Assembly (NCBI GenBank): GCA_002269645.1
Contig: NIVC01002364.1
Span: 1-64,000, forward strand
Direction: 5' to 3'
DNA: 64,000 nucleotides
From: Macrostomum lignano
Taxonomy: Eukaryota
Position 1 is the first letter of the stretch, and each line of letters begins with the position of its first letter. Made by a program: the position numbers and the translations under genes. The notes beneath the pieces were generated by a model, which made no database searches, had not been told where the DNA came from, and worked only from the letters and a program-made list of their open reading frames with translations. Positions 26,075-38,719 of the stretch are shown piece after piece.

Positions 26075-29000
26075 ATGGGTTCAAACGAAAAGAACCTAAT
26101 TGGTGTTTATCAATGTCACCCGGAAGATGACATCAAGAATCTTAAAATAAGGTTTGTTTTTTCATTTTTCTTTTTTAGCTATATTTTACCACATGACTTT
26201 AATACCGATGCCGATGGAAAAACATATTCCTTTCTGTGGCTGGCAACGAAAGGGGCAGCGGCTTCCCCACGCCCACTCCGCCCCTTTTGTGTTCTCGTAC
26301 CCTATATCCTTTGGTTGTGCCACTGACTGCTCTGCGCGAATTTTGGATTATATGATTCTTAAGCAGTTATGGCTTAAGCCGTTAACAGGGAAATTACTGA
26401 ATTCTTATAGTTTTTTTCTTAAGTATCTTGTTGCAGTGGTTTATTTACTTATAATAAACTATTCCACCGATGTCGCCAAGTTATTGTAGGGCACTTTTAT
26501 TATTCTCTAAATCCCACCGCAATCACCAAGTTGTCGTGGGGGAGTTTAATGTTATTGAACCTTATCTCAATGTGCCATCAAGTTGTTGTAGGGGGGTTGG
26601 CTATAATTCTATACTTTTATTATATTAGCTTATTAGATTTGTTATGAGCCACTAAAATACGGTGTTATGGAGGTAAGATTATGGGCTTTCACGTAAGTAC
26701 GGATTGCCCTGGTAGCGCGCAGTGCCCGAGCGGCAAGACACTGTTCAGCTAGGGGGAGAGGGGGGGTGACTAAGTCCTAAGCAGCGTCCTCCAATGGATC
26801 GAGGTTGCCCGGTGAATTTCAATTTCCTCTTACGGATTTGCTCTTGTCAGGTACGACTTTCTCATTGGTTGTTCAATTCGAATATTTCTATTGGGATATT
26901 TCTCCCTTTTTTATTGGCTGGCTACGCCTCTGCTCTTTGCAAGTACGCAATTGGCTCTTAGACTATTCGTCTTTTACTCTTGGTAATTTCTACCTTCTGT
27001 CCTATGAGCATTCGCTCTTAGTTTTCTAGCAAATGAAGGAAGACTTTAGCAAAATTCGCTTATTCAATTTGTTAGGCAGATAGCCTTGAACCAAAAACGG
27101 TTGCCTCTCTGGGCGCTGAATTTACTTGTATTTATAGTAGAATTGGGGTGGGGGACCAGCTACATTTAAACAAAAAATTCTTTCCCTAGTTATGTTTCTA
27201 TAGCAACGCGAAAATTTAAATTGGGCCTACAGCAATCTTTATCTGCTTTTGATGAGAAAACTTTAATTTATTTTAATTTCAGAATCAAAGTATGGAAAAT
27301 AACGACTGATAAAAACGAGGAAGAAGTGTATGACTTTAAATGGCAAGAGAAAGTCTTCAGCGTGCGAGAGCTAGAGAAATACAAAGACGTTACTGACGCA
27401 AACGCTACGGACCACGAGAAGCGATGCAAGAAGCTTCTAGACCAATGGAAGTGAGTATTAGATTGCATTCTGACTTTGATTAGATTTAAATTTTAACGCG
27501 TGTTTAACAAGACAATACATTTGTTGAGCAATAACGAATATAAAAAATTTCCAGGCAAATGCGACACAAAATGCTCAAGGACCACAGGCTGTACTCACTC
27601 ATCGATGACGAGATAGCTTTGGAAAGTGAAGAAAAGGTAGGAGCTGCGTCATGTTTTCTATCAAGTCACTTTAGATAATCTAAAAAATATTGCTACAAAA
27701 AATTTCACCAAAGGATCGCGTGACGGATTACGAAGACGAAAAACTCACTGCTACCGAGGTCGCCTTCAGGGAGGCTCAACGAACTCAATCGGATGATGCA
27801 GTTGGTCAGCAAAGGTCAGCTGATTTTTTTAATGACACTTCAATCCACCTTTTCTCCCAATGAACACTACTCACGTTTGCTAGTAGGAAGATGGATCATC
27901 TCAAATGCAAAACCTCCAGGACATACGAAAGTCATTTGAAGCTATAGGATTCGTTTGGTCCGATGGGGTTGCGCTACTGGAGTCTGGCAAACCAATATGA
28001 AATTCATCGATGGCAATTAAATTACGGTATTTTTCAAATTCACAATATTTCACCTTCCGTTGTACTTCCGGCTTGAGAAACAAATAAAAGCAAGATGTAT
28101 TTTTATCAGAAGGCTGTCTTGGAGGATGGCGATGATGATTAAAGACAAAAATTTGTTTTCATAAGGACAAATCATCGCTTCTTTACTCTTATATTCGCTG
28201 TCATTTTCACTGTTAAACATTGCGATTGTTTTTCATCCATAAGACCAAACTTTAAATTTTAAAATGACACCAATGAATTGCAAATAAAAAAATGGTAAAC
28301 TCCCTTCATCGCATTGGCCTCTCCCCTCACGCGGATTCAGAAACGCGGCCACCCAGTCTGCGGCCAGCGTCCTCACCTCCAACTTGGACAGGGAGCAGTT
28401 CCTCCGGCAGTTTTTCACTTCGCCAAAGTCGCAGCGAATGCGCGTCATGTTCGACTACAGGCCGGTGCTGCGGCCTGAGGAACCGCCCGCCCCGGCTCCG
28501 GCTGCGGATGGTGCCGAAGAGGATCCGACCGCTGAACCACAGGTGGACACCACCCAGAAGCTGCTGTGCACCATCACCTACGATCCTAGGGACCGGTTGT
28601 TGAGCTTGCAGCCGGACTTCACCAAACAGCCGCTCATTGTTGGTGAGTCATCATATTGCTGGAGGCATGTTCGTTTTGTCACTCAGTTCAACCCTATAAT
28701 TGTCACTCAGTTCAACCCTATAATTGTCATTTAGTCCATCCCTATAATTGTCACTCAGTTCAACCTTATAATTGTCACTCAGTTCAACCCTATAATTGTC
28801 ATTCAGTCCATCCCTATAATTGTCACTCAGTTCAACCTTATAATTGTCACTCAGTTCAACCCTATAATTGTCACTCAGTTCAACCTTATGGACAAGTCGT
28901 GGTACCTGCGGTTTAGGCTACTGGTTTTCTATTTGCTGCTAAGGATTTTACTAGTGGATTATTGTCTGCTGCACTGATTTGAGATTTGGTAGAATCGCTG

Positions 29001-32000
29001 CCACCAGGTTCCTGCTGTTCCCTAATTCTAGCTTTAGGTTTAAAGAACTGAGTCAGGACACCAATTTAGACTTAGTTAACACAAAAAAATATTTAATAAA
29101 AGTAAATTATGGTACAAAAGTTAGTTTTGTTTTACATTAACTCCCTATTCCCGCTATAGTGCTTTGGGCAAGACTCCCAGTATTTAGAGGCAAGACTCCT
29201 CTGTGCAATCCTAACCCTTATATTTCCCTTTCTTACCACATCTGCGTGACTTTCTGAGTTAAACAGGAGAAGACACTCCAACAAACAGGTTTTTCTTTCC
29301 CAAGAGCCCAACTGCTCTGTAGTTCTAAAGGAACCCCAATTTTATCCACTTACCCCCGCGCTAATTATTTCCCCGGGTTGAAACTACTGATAGTAGGGTA
29401 AAAGCATATCCAAACCTGTAAAATTTCCGTTTCTAAAATAATGCCCTACTACACTTATAATTGTCACTCAGTTCAACCCTATAATTGTCACTCAGTTCAA
29501 CCTTATAATTGTCACTCAGTTCAACCCTATAATTGTCACTCAGTTCAACCCTATAACTGTCACTCAGTTCAACCCTATAACTGTCACTCAGTTCAACCCT
29601 ATAACTGTCACTCAGTTCAACCCTAAATATTTTCTGCAATTTCATTCTCACCGCTTCAGGCAATTGGCGCTACACAATCGAAGACGTGTCAACAAAAATG
29701 TCAGAAGCTGAACGAAATCGAGTCCTGTCTCAGGAAAAGGAGGTGAGGAATGACACCGTATTATTGATGGTTGATAAAGGTAACTCAGCTACAAGTACAA
29801 AGTGTACTTAAGCACGCATTGACCCCTCCCTCACCTGAGCAGAGAATCAAGCTCAAATCGGAGAGCAAGCAGGTATTTCGACAAATCGATTTCGAAATGC
29901 CAACGGAACCCCTGCGGGTGCTGGTTCGAGGAGAGATAATGACAGCAAAGCACTTTGAGTACGATCACCTGTATGTGCACTTCTTCTTGGACCTGACTCC
30001 CGGTAGGTTTTATTAAATTAATTATGTGGATTTATTTACGATATTTTATCGAACATTAAAATTGCGTCACAGAGGCTTGAATCGCATTTAATTCATTTCT
30101 ACGTCAAGTCGTAACTATAATTGAAAAAAACTAAAATAGTTTTACGACTAGTGCAGTAGTGATTAAATTTGTATTCAGTTTATCATTTATCGTATTATTC
30201 CCCATATTTCTACTATCAGTAGTGTATTAAATAAAAGTTCATAATGAATAGTTTTATGCTTGTAAAATTCAGCAATTTTTACTGAAAGTAAAGAATCAAG
30301 AAAATGTTGTTCTGCGTATAGTAAATTTTTCGTGAATTTTTATATAGAACATTTGTTGATGGTCAGCCCAGCATTTACGATCTATAAAAACTTAAAAAGA
30401 TTTACGGCTCGTACTATCTATAAAATTTCGACTCGTACTGAAGAAAGCTCTATAAAGCTTGTGAAAAGAGAATGCAAGTTTATTGGAATCTGATTCCAAT
30501 TCTGATTTTGAGCACAGAATTAAAACAAACCAGCCGATCTATGCTTGGTTGAAGATCAACTTTGAGGCTATCTGATTTGTCTGTTAAAAAGGTTCTAAAT
30601 GTTAACATCTTTGTCAAAAGCAAATGAATTTTTTTCGGAAGTTTTTAACGATCTTCGTGCAGTCTTTAGCAGAGCATAAAGCCATTGAATAAATAGCTGA
30701 TTAACTAATTTTTCAACTGTTTCATAATTTCAGATTGGTTTGTAAAAACTGCAGCCGGACTGTCCGGCACAACGCAAATTTGTGCTACAAAAGTGGAAGA
30801 AGTTGTAAGTTCGTGAATTTTTTATTTTTTTAGAGTTCGTGAATTATTGGCGTTGGGATCACTCTTAATTTAAAATAAAAGCTGCATGCTTATCACGGAA
30901 CTTTGTTAAATTGGAATGATAATAGTTCAAATAGCTTTAGCTTATCAGTACTAATTATATTTATTGCGCATGCAAAGAATTTGCATGTATTTGTTTTAAT
31001 ATTTGGTCGCGGTAAAACAGACTGATTAAAACAAAAAATAGGATTGTTATATAAAATACCGATACAAGCATGCACGTAGTAGATTCGTCATTTAGATTAA
31101 AACTGAATTTTTTTTCAATTATATTTTCAACTCCTGTTAAACACACATGGTACCATTTTCAGCTAACACCAATTGAACGAAAGGTTTGTATGGAAATCGT
31201 TTCTCGAGTTTTTGCCTCTTTGATAGTGTAGGTTTACGGAATAAAATATTGACTTGTTCTATTCTGCAACGCAACCAATTTTATTTCTAGACCTTATGTT
31301 CGAAACTCCTTGATTTCTGTATTTTCTATCATTCGCACGTACTAATAATTTAAACTTCTAAATGAAGCAAAAGCAGGTAAACTAAAGTCGCCATGCCTTA
31401 TTCCGCTCAGAGAGTTTGGCTCTCATCTCAATGAAAAAAATTAATTTTATATTATTAGTTTCATGTTGTGACAATTATCTTTGAATTATATTGGATCAGA
31501 AATTCTACAAATACAAAATCAATTTATGTAGCAGCACCGTGATCTCTGCTACTTCTAGTAACTTAAAGGAATACATGTATTATTTAATAATCTATTTTTC
31601 CTAGAAATTCAAATTCAAGCTTCGCATGATTTTGACTCGTTCTATTTTTACGCATTAAATTCCGCATTTTCAGGACGACGTGGCTCATTTCTCATATCCG
31701 TTTGAGTTTGAGATCTTCTTTGAGCGGCTGGTACCGGCTGGGGAGGACGGTGAGTAGTTTAGAGATTTGATACTTAGTATCAGGGAATATTTTATTTATC
31801 AATAATGCGATTGATTGAGGAACCATACTGCCACCGACCGCTGCCCACAGATTACACATTCCCGCGCTGGCCCATCATGTATTTCGAGGTGATGTCGCAG
31901 GACAGCTGGACTCGACACCGGACCGAGGGCTACACCTATTTGACCCTGCCAGCTACCCCGGGACCGCACGACTTCTGTCTGCAGTGCTGGCGGCCCACGG

Positions 32001-32055
32001 GCAACTCCGTTGTGTGCGAGCTGCGGCGCTTCTTCATTGGTCAGTTGGCTGTCTG

Positions 32056-32152
<97 letters not shown>

Positions 32153-32169
32153 AATCTATCTTCTATCTA

Positions 32170-32226
<57 letters not shown>

Positions 32227-33345
32227 GTGGTACACCGGAGCTAGAGGACAGCACATTCACCAACGTGCCAACCGACTTCGACGGTACCCACTTGAGCAAG
32301 TTCGGCTTCAACACGGAGACCACTGGCGAGCTGACGGTGCGGCTGCACTCGATTCACCAGTCGGCCCGACTGGCCGAGCTTCGCAACGCGGCAGCCGGGG
32401 TCGGCCCTGGCGGCGTCATGCAGAGCGGCGCCGGCGCCGGCAAATTCTCTAGCGACTTTGGCGGAGCCGCCGGCCCGAGCTTCCTGGACCTGCACAGGGC
32501 GCTGAGTGAGTGCCAGGCTTTGATATCGATGTTTTTCACTCGGATTGTTTAAGGAAACTGCAGCTGCATATGTGCACGCGTTTCATATATGTACAAATAC
32601 CTTAGCAGATCATGGACAAATGGATCGCTTTCACAGGCTCAAAGTTTCACTAATTCGAAGCTTCACAAGCTGTAAGCCCCACAAGCTGTAAGCTGTAAGC
32701 TCCACAAGCTGTAAGCTGTAAGCCCCACAAGCTGTAAGCTGTAAGCTCCACAAGCTGTAAGCTCCACAAGCTGTAAGCTCCACAAGCTGTAAGCCCCACA
32801 AGCTGTAAGCACCACAAGCTGTAAGCTCCACAAGCTGTAAGCCCCACAAGCTGTAAGCTCCACAATCTGTAAGCTCCACAAGCTGTAAGCTCCACAAACT
32901 GTAAGCTCCACAAGCTGTAAGCTCCACAAGCTGTAAGCTCCACAAGCTGTAAGCTCCACAAGCTCCACAAGCTGTAAGCTCCACAAGCTCCACAAGCTGT
33001 AAGCTCCACAAGCTGTAAGCTCCACAAGCTGTAAGCTATAATCCTTTATTCGCATGCCTATCTATCGTACATGCAGCCTGAAAACAAAGTCCATGCGATT
33101 TGCAACCCCGAAAACGACCTTGCTTGCACACACAATGTCTAGACGCATTCCAACGAGCCCGTCAGCGCCTTCAAGAGGCCAGACGGGCTCACGTGACGCT
33201 CGATCATCGTCAGCAGCTCGACTTGCAGCAGCAGCAGCAGGAACAGCAACAGCAACTGGAAGCAGATCCGGATGCAGAGCAGCTCATGCGAGAGTACAGG
33301 GAACTCGCATTGGCGCCCGATGGGGCCGCCGAGTCTACAGCTTGA
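26075..33345 (+). CDS. MKS1: Meckel syndrome type 1 protein ortholog (B9/C2 domain, ciliary transition zone), 614 aa
   Basis: Exons 26075-26151, 27283-27450, 27555-27636, 27714-27814, 28341-28642, 29660-29742, 29789-30002, 30734-30804, 31674-31749, 31851-32039, 32227-32505, 33143-33345 (1845 nt, phases match). MKS1 hallmarks: [86 protein letters not shown]. Confidence 0.95.
28676..29625. repeat. 24-bp minisatellite (ttgtcactcagttcaaccctataa) in two blocks (28676-28888, 29450-29625) separated by ~560 bp of unrelated sequence
   Basis: The same unit is visible in both blocks within MKS1 intron 5. Confidence 0.92.
32050..32222. repeat. (TCTA)n followed by (TA)n microsatellites filling MKS1 intron 10
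   Basis: Visible; the (TA)n runs up to the acceptor acag at 32223-32226. Confidence 0.97.
32660..33037. repeat. 16-bp minisatellite (ctccacaagctgtaag)
   Basis: Visible; explains the [15 protein letters not shown] ORFs. Confidence 0.95.
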
Positions 33346-33699
33346 TTGCGTGCACGTGTACTTTAAACTAAAGTGCACGTGTACTTTTGTGACTAAAGTG
33401 CATATGTACTTTTATTATTTTTTCTATTTTTTTATTTCCTTCTTTGACTGCCAGTAGCAACTTCTGAATGAAACTATTATTTCTTTCTTAGTCTTTTTTC
33501 ACTTTTCGTCAAAGTATTTCTTCAGAGGCGGAATCATAAATTAGTCTGTCTATTTTCTATTTTGACGTTGTGCAACTTCTATTAGACTTGTCTTAAAGAC
33601 TCTGCCACAATCAAGGGGCTTTGATTGAACGTTTTATTAATGACATTAGTAAATTAGCCTTACTGTCCAGTCCGCCGACTCCCCTGAGCAGGCACACAA

Positions 33700-33905
33700 G
33701 CGCGCGGATATGTACGCAGCGGCCCCTTAACTTTATTTATCGTTAGGCATGTACACTTCACTGTGCCTTGGGGGTTGGCCCTCAAGCTGGGCGTTAATTG
33801 CACGAGCAGAGCCAAGCCTAAATTCCAATATAGCTCCAAAATCAATGCACTTGGAATCGAGCCTGGGCCGCTGGCATATCAGAGCGCCGCGCCAGATCAC
33901 TGGCT
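33700..33905 (-). mobile_element. SINE-like dispersed repeat family member (related copies at ~51735-51860 +, ~59405-59615 -, ~60333-60470 +, ~63790-63970 +)
   Basis: Shared core gtgtacatgcctaacgat(a/t)a..aaagt.aggg.cgctgtaca. A B-box-like ggctcgattcc is present on the minus strand in the 33.9 kb and 59.6 kb copies. Confidence 0.6.
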
Positions 33906-34174
33906 TTTGTAATCTTCATTACACTACCAATACTTTATTTGATAGAACACTACTACAGGTAGCTCGTAATACTTCTATAAGTACTCTTCTCTATTTTTCT
34001 ATCTCTATTTCTGAATATTTTCCAAGAACTCAAAGATAGAAAGTTTCTGTTGGAGACACCTTTTATTATACGTGCTGGAATCCTTACTGCAATCTCAGGT
34101 AGCAGCATTGAGAACCCAGAAAAATACCAGGAATCTCAATCGGGACCGACTTCCATTTTTTTCAAAATCCACAG

Positions 34175-34455
34175 ACCGGTTCCGCACAGCCCGAACCCAG
34201 CTGGTGATGGTGCAGAAGGCGGCGTCGCCCTCGTTGATGATGAGCCTGCAGCAGCAGCAGCTCATTTCTGGTGGCGGAAGCGGCGGCGGTGGTGGTGGCA
34301 CCGACTCGCCTCCCCGGCCGGCTCCGAGACGACGATTGAGCAACGGCAGCACCGTCGCAGCAGCCGAGGATGACGATGATCAGCAGAGACGTGGCGGAGC
34401 TGGCGACACCCTTACGGCCGAGTACATGCGGCACATTCAATCTAGGGAGGAGTGA
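34175..34455 (+). CDS. MKS1: Candidate alternative terminal exon of MKS1
   Basis: Polypyrimidine tract plus cacag acceptor at 34174. Phase 1 matches the donor at 32505. The joined peptide N-RFRTARTQL parallels [10 protein letters not shown] of exon 33143. GC-rich codon style; stop at 34455. Confidence 0.6.
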
Positions 34456-34854
34456 TAATCCACTTGGCGAATTTCGAGCTGTAGTACTTTTGGTATAGCG
34501 TTGATGTAAAACAAATTTTACTAGGTCACTTGTTATAAACCTACCTGTACAACATAGTCCATAGATGAAGTGTCCAGAAATGGCTCAAGATATGCTATGG
34601 AAGTTTCCAATAAGTAAATTATTGCTAGATCGCGCATGGTTCTCCCACTTATGTACCTGATGGTCCAGTAGTGAATCCATTGGGGGAGGGGCTAATGGGG
34701 CTTTAGCCCTCCCGCCTGAGAAATGCTAAACTCCCACAGACAGCACCCCTCAAGGACAGCAGCCCTCAAAGACAGCTTCCTCACCTCAAAGAAAACTCCA
34801 TCAACGACAGTACCCCTCAAAATCAGCTAGCTCCCTTCAAAGATAGCTCCCTTC

Positions 34855-34970
34855 AAAGACAGCTTCCCTCAGGGACAGCTCCCCTCAAGGACAGCTCCCC
34901 TCAAGGACAGCTCCCCTCAAGGACAGCTCCCTTCAAGGACAGCTCCCCTCAAGGATAGCTCCCCCAAGGA
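34855..34970. repeat. 16-bp minisatellite (cagctcccctcaagga)
   Basis: Visible. Confidence 0.85.
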
Positions 34971-35731
34971 CATCATCCATCAAAGACCAGCTTCCATAGA
35001 AGGCTTCTGCGGGTCTGCAAAGACCAAAGCGAAACACAGACTTACGTGTACACCTTAGGGTACAGAAAGACAATAAAATTTAATAAGGGCTGCTATGTAC
35101 ATTGCACTGAACTTTGCGTATTCGTGTTAAGTAAATTTAATATCTATTTCAATCGGTGCAGTGCATCGATATTTAGCTATTTTATATTTCCGCTATCATT
35201 GGTTCACACATTATTTCAACCGATTGATTTGATACAGCGACTGAGTTGCGTGGGTGTTGACTTGTGTAATTATTAATTATAAAGTTACCCTTATTTACTG
35301 ACAGTGACTGCAGCTGTATTTTCATGATTTTAGAATAATTTCTTCTTTTAGGCACTTGTGATCTTTAACGTACTTGATTACCACTGTTTCTACATACATT
35401 CTGCTAATTCATTTAGTTACAGGAACTTCGACATGTATGTACAATCTTAAGATTGATTTCTGGCTGCTATTTTGGCATATTATAAATACAACAAAAGTTT
35501 TTAACTGTCAAAACGTATCAAATACAAAAACCGCAAACTTTGGCAGATGTTTTAAACGTTTTAATTTTTGCCTCCGGATGATTTCCATACAGCCATCTGA
35601 CCTCGGAAATATTAAGCATTGTCTAAGGTACGCTGGTAGAGACTCTTGTGAAATTTTAGCTTGGGGTTTGAGAATTTGAATGGATTAAAATGCTGTTTTC
35701 ATATATAGTATACGTGTTGTAGTTTGTCATA

Positions 35732-35897
35732 AACTCACCGTCCACTGGCCGCAGGTCTGGCGCGAGCCGGATGAGAACGAAGAGCTGCAAGCTGCGCTAC
35801 TCAAGTACGCCAACAAGCGCAATGTGAAACAAAAACCACAAAGTCCTGTAGAAGAGCGTCTAGCGCGATTCTACGAACTTGTAACGGAGCTCCAGAA
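35732..35897 (+). pseudogene. Orphan 166-bp copy of coding sequence 44719-44884 of the giant gene
   Basis: Direct comparison shows 4 mismatches in 166 bp and no indels; the flanks are unrelated non-coding sequence. Confidence 0.92.
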
Positions 35898-36253
35898 TAC
35901 CTTATAACTTGTATCTTGATGCCAGCTATTCCTGCTTGCCAAAAATCCTATTAAAATGTTAACTTTGTACACAGCACAACAGAGCGACTTTGAAAAGCAC
36001 GTCAGAAATGACTTTACCTCGGCTTACTACTTATAGTAGTCGCATAGAGCATTATAACTATACTACCGCAATGGACTTTTTTTCGAATTTTATGTAGTTT
36101 TTACCCACGAAAACGCTATCGCTTATTGACAACCTTGATGGCTAGGCTGATAAAAATGTTTTGAAAACGCAAGAAAATGAATTTTTGTTCAGCAATCTTC
36201 GACTACAGCTATATTTGGTACGCTCGTGACGAGAACAGCTGACTCAGTGTACC

Positions 36254-36393
36254 CAGAAGACTACTTCTTTGATAATATGAACCCGAGTCAGTTACTACAC
36301 ATCCTGACTTGACTTGACTCGCACATATACTTTGCTGTCGGCGTCGCACATTCTGCTAATCCCTGAAGAGCCTTCTAGGGTAGGTGGAGAAGA
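36254..36393 (+). repeat. Dispersed repeat; second diverged direct copy at ~50851-50998
   Basis: Shared cagaagact..tacttctttgataata..cacatcctgacttga..gactcgcacat..cacattctgctaatccctgaagagcc..gtaggt.gagaaga. Confidence 0.85.
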
Positions 36394-38719
36394 CATTATC
36401 ACCAGCAGCTCAAGTGACATTTAGTGACGATCTGCAGCAGCCTTTTAAAATCATTTTTAAGGGCAGAGTTTGACTCGTAAAGATCGAAATAATTTGATAT
36501 GCATATAATCATCATGAAGAGTAGCAATGCTCAAAATATTAATTATTATTAAATGCGCGAAAAGAGGGCCACAGAAATACACCTGCTATAATTACGACTA
36601 AAAGCAAGCAGTACGTCTCTTCTAAGAAAGTCTGTGTCTCGCTCTTGCCAGCCTAGTCTATTTGGTTTATTTTCCACAGGTTCTGTGCTACAGGGCACAA
36701 GAAGCGAAGACTAAGCTCAATGGGTTTACGTGTGCGATTACAGTTTTTTCCGCTGGAGGAGAGTTGTGCCAGTATTTGTTTTGTTTGTTGCCATGGCTCA
36801 GACTCCTCGAGGCGGGGTTCGACTGACCCTACCCAGAACAGGTTTGGCACATTTTAAATTGTACTTTGTCTTTTTTGCGTGCCCCCACCGTTTCTTATCT
36901 CTCTTGCTATCCATATCTCTGACGTCAATGCTTTCTTAGTTCTACTTCTGAAGTAGCTAGCTCTCTTACTTCTGCAGCCCAGCCTGTCTTGCTCATTCTA
37001 TTTCTACTTTTTCTGCCTCAAAGCAAACAGTACATACGCTGATCTCTTTATTGTAATAATTTAATTTGGAAATAACACTTGATTGATTTGCTTTGACAAC
37101 TCCCAACTGTTTTGCCAGTTGCGGCTGCCTAAACGACAGCTCCAGATGCGCATGGGCTGAGCTGGAAGATCGCGATGAAGGTCGCGGAATTATTCAATTT
37201 GCTCATTGTAAGGTTACGGGCTAAAACTACATGTTTTACGCTTGTGCAGTGTAATACGTGCAACCAAATATATGCATTTAGTGATTCATTTAACGAGTAT
37301 AGACTATTGAGCAGCTTTCAGATCAGCATGGTTTATTACCCTTTCCTGTCGAATTACGAGCGACTGGCTAAAAGAAAAGTCGATAGAAATAAAAATCACT
37401 CATAAGATCATCAGATAAGCCAAATAAAGTGAATCCACCCAGTGTGCTTCGGAATTCCGGGTATGAATGTTGCACAAGGTCGGTTCTTTAACTGGACTCT
37501 TAAGTGACTTAATTCACGGACGATCTAGCTACCGCCCTAACTACGTCAACGACACCGACGCACTACGGGGCGCTTTCGACAACCGTCTCGATCCTCTGGC
37601 GGTTTGGCAACCACTTCCAAATAGACTCTGCATTATAACAATCTGATGCCAAGCGTGAATTTCCCATATCTACGCTCGTATTTCCCAAATTCACCATCAA
37701 TTTCAAGCAAGCCAGGCAAGCAAGAGTAAAATGCACAACGCTCGGGTATTATTCAGTTGATTCAGTTGTTACGCCCGCTCTGTGTGTTTAAGACGTCATA
37801 TTATATTTTTTCGTATGTGTCTCGAATTCATACCAGGTGCCAGCTAGTAAGCATAACGCCATAAGCTTCTCTTTGAATGCTCTTTCTACATCAGACAGAA
37901 AACTGTATTCAATATGCTTAAGAGTGCTGACAAATGAGAGCCAGTACAAATTCTGTGGTTAAAAAAACTAACCGAAGCGAGGCAAAGACAGAGCGAAGGC
38001 GACGCATTCGACGGCCTTATCCGATGATGCCCAGAATTGAGACAATAAAATAATAGGCTTTTATCAGACCCTCTGAGGTACAAGCGTAGCTACTTGATGT
38101 ATTTTCTAACCCCGAGATAGACGCGCAAAATGTCTAGACATAATGACAGCCTGCAGCTACAGAAACCTAATGTAGAAAGCAAGTGTACACCATTCGACAG
38201 AAGGAAAGTAAAACGTTATCATCTATAAAATGCAAGGTAGCAACTTTAGGCCTCCTTCATGGTTAAAATTACTGTTTGGAGCTCCGTTTTATTCTGTCTA
38301 TAAAGAAGCAATTAGCTTGTAGCTATAAAAACAAAGTGAGTAAATTCAAATTGAAACTTGCTAATGCTGAACTTCATATGGTGCTAGGTAGCTCTTGCCT
38401 ATAATTTTAACCTAAGCGAGAGCCAACGGTTCCTCAATTTTGGCACCAGCTCGTATTTATCGAGGTAATTACATAATTTTTTGTGTTAGTCTAAAGTTTT
38501 GATGTCATTCATTTGTTTTTATGACGATGGTAATATAGCAAACGTATCAAGTCTACAAAAGTCTGACTAAGAGCCTGATAGAAAATTTTGTTGAATTTAG
38601 ACATCATCAAAGAGATATATCTTCATGAAAACTTCACTGAAAATAGCCTACTGCGTCAGATTGTCCCATGCTCGTATGCTTATTATCAGTAGGAATACCA
38701 AGCCATTTTTCCGCCCGTC

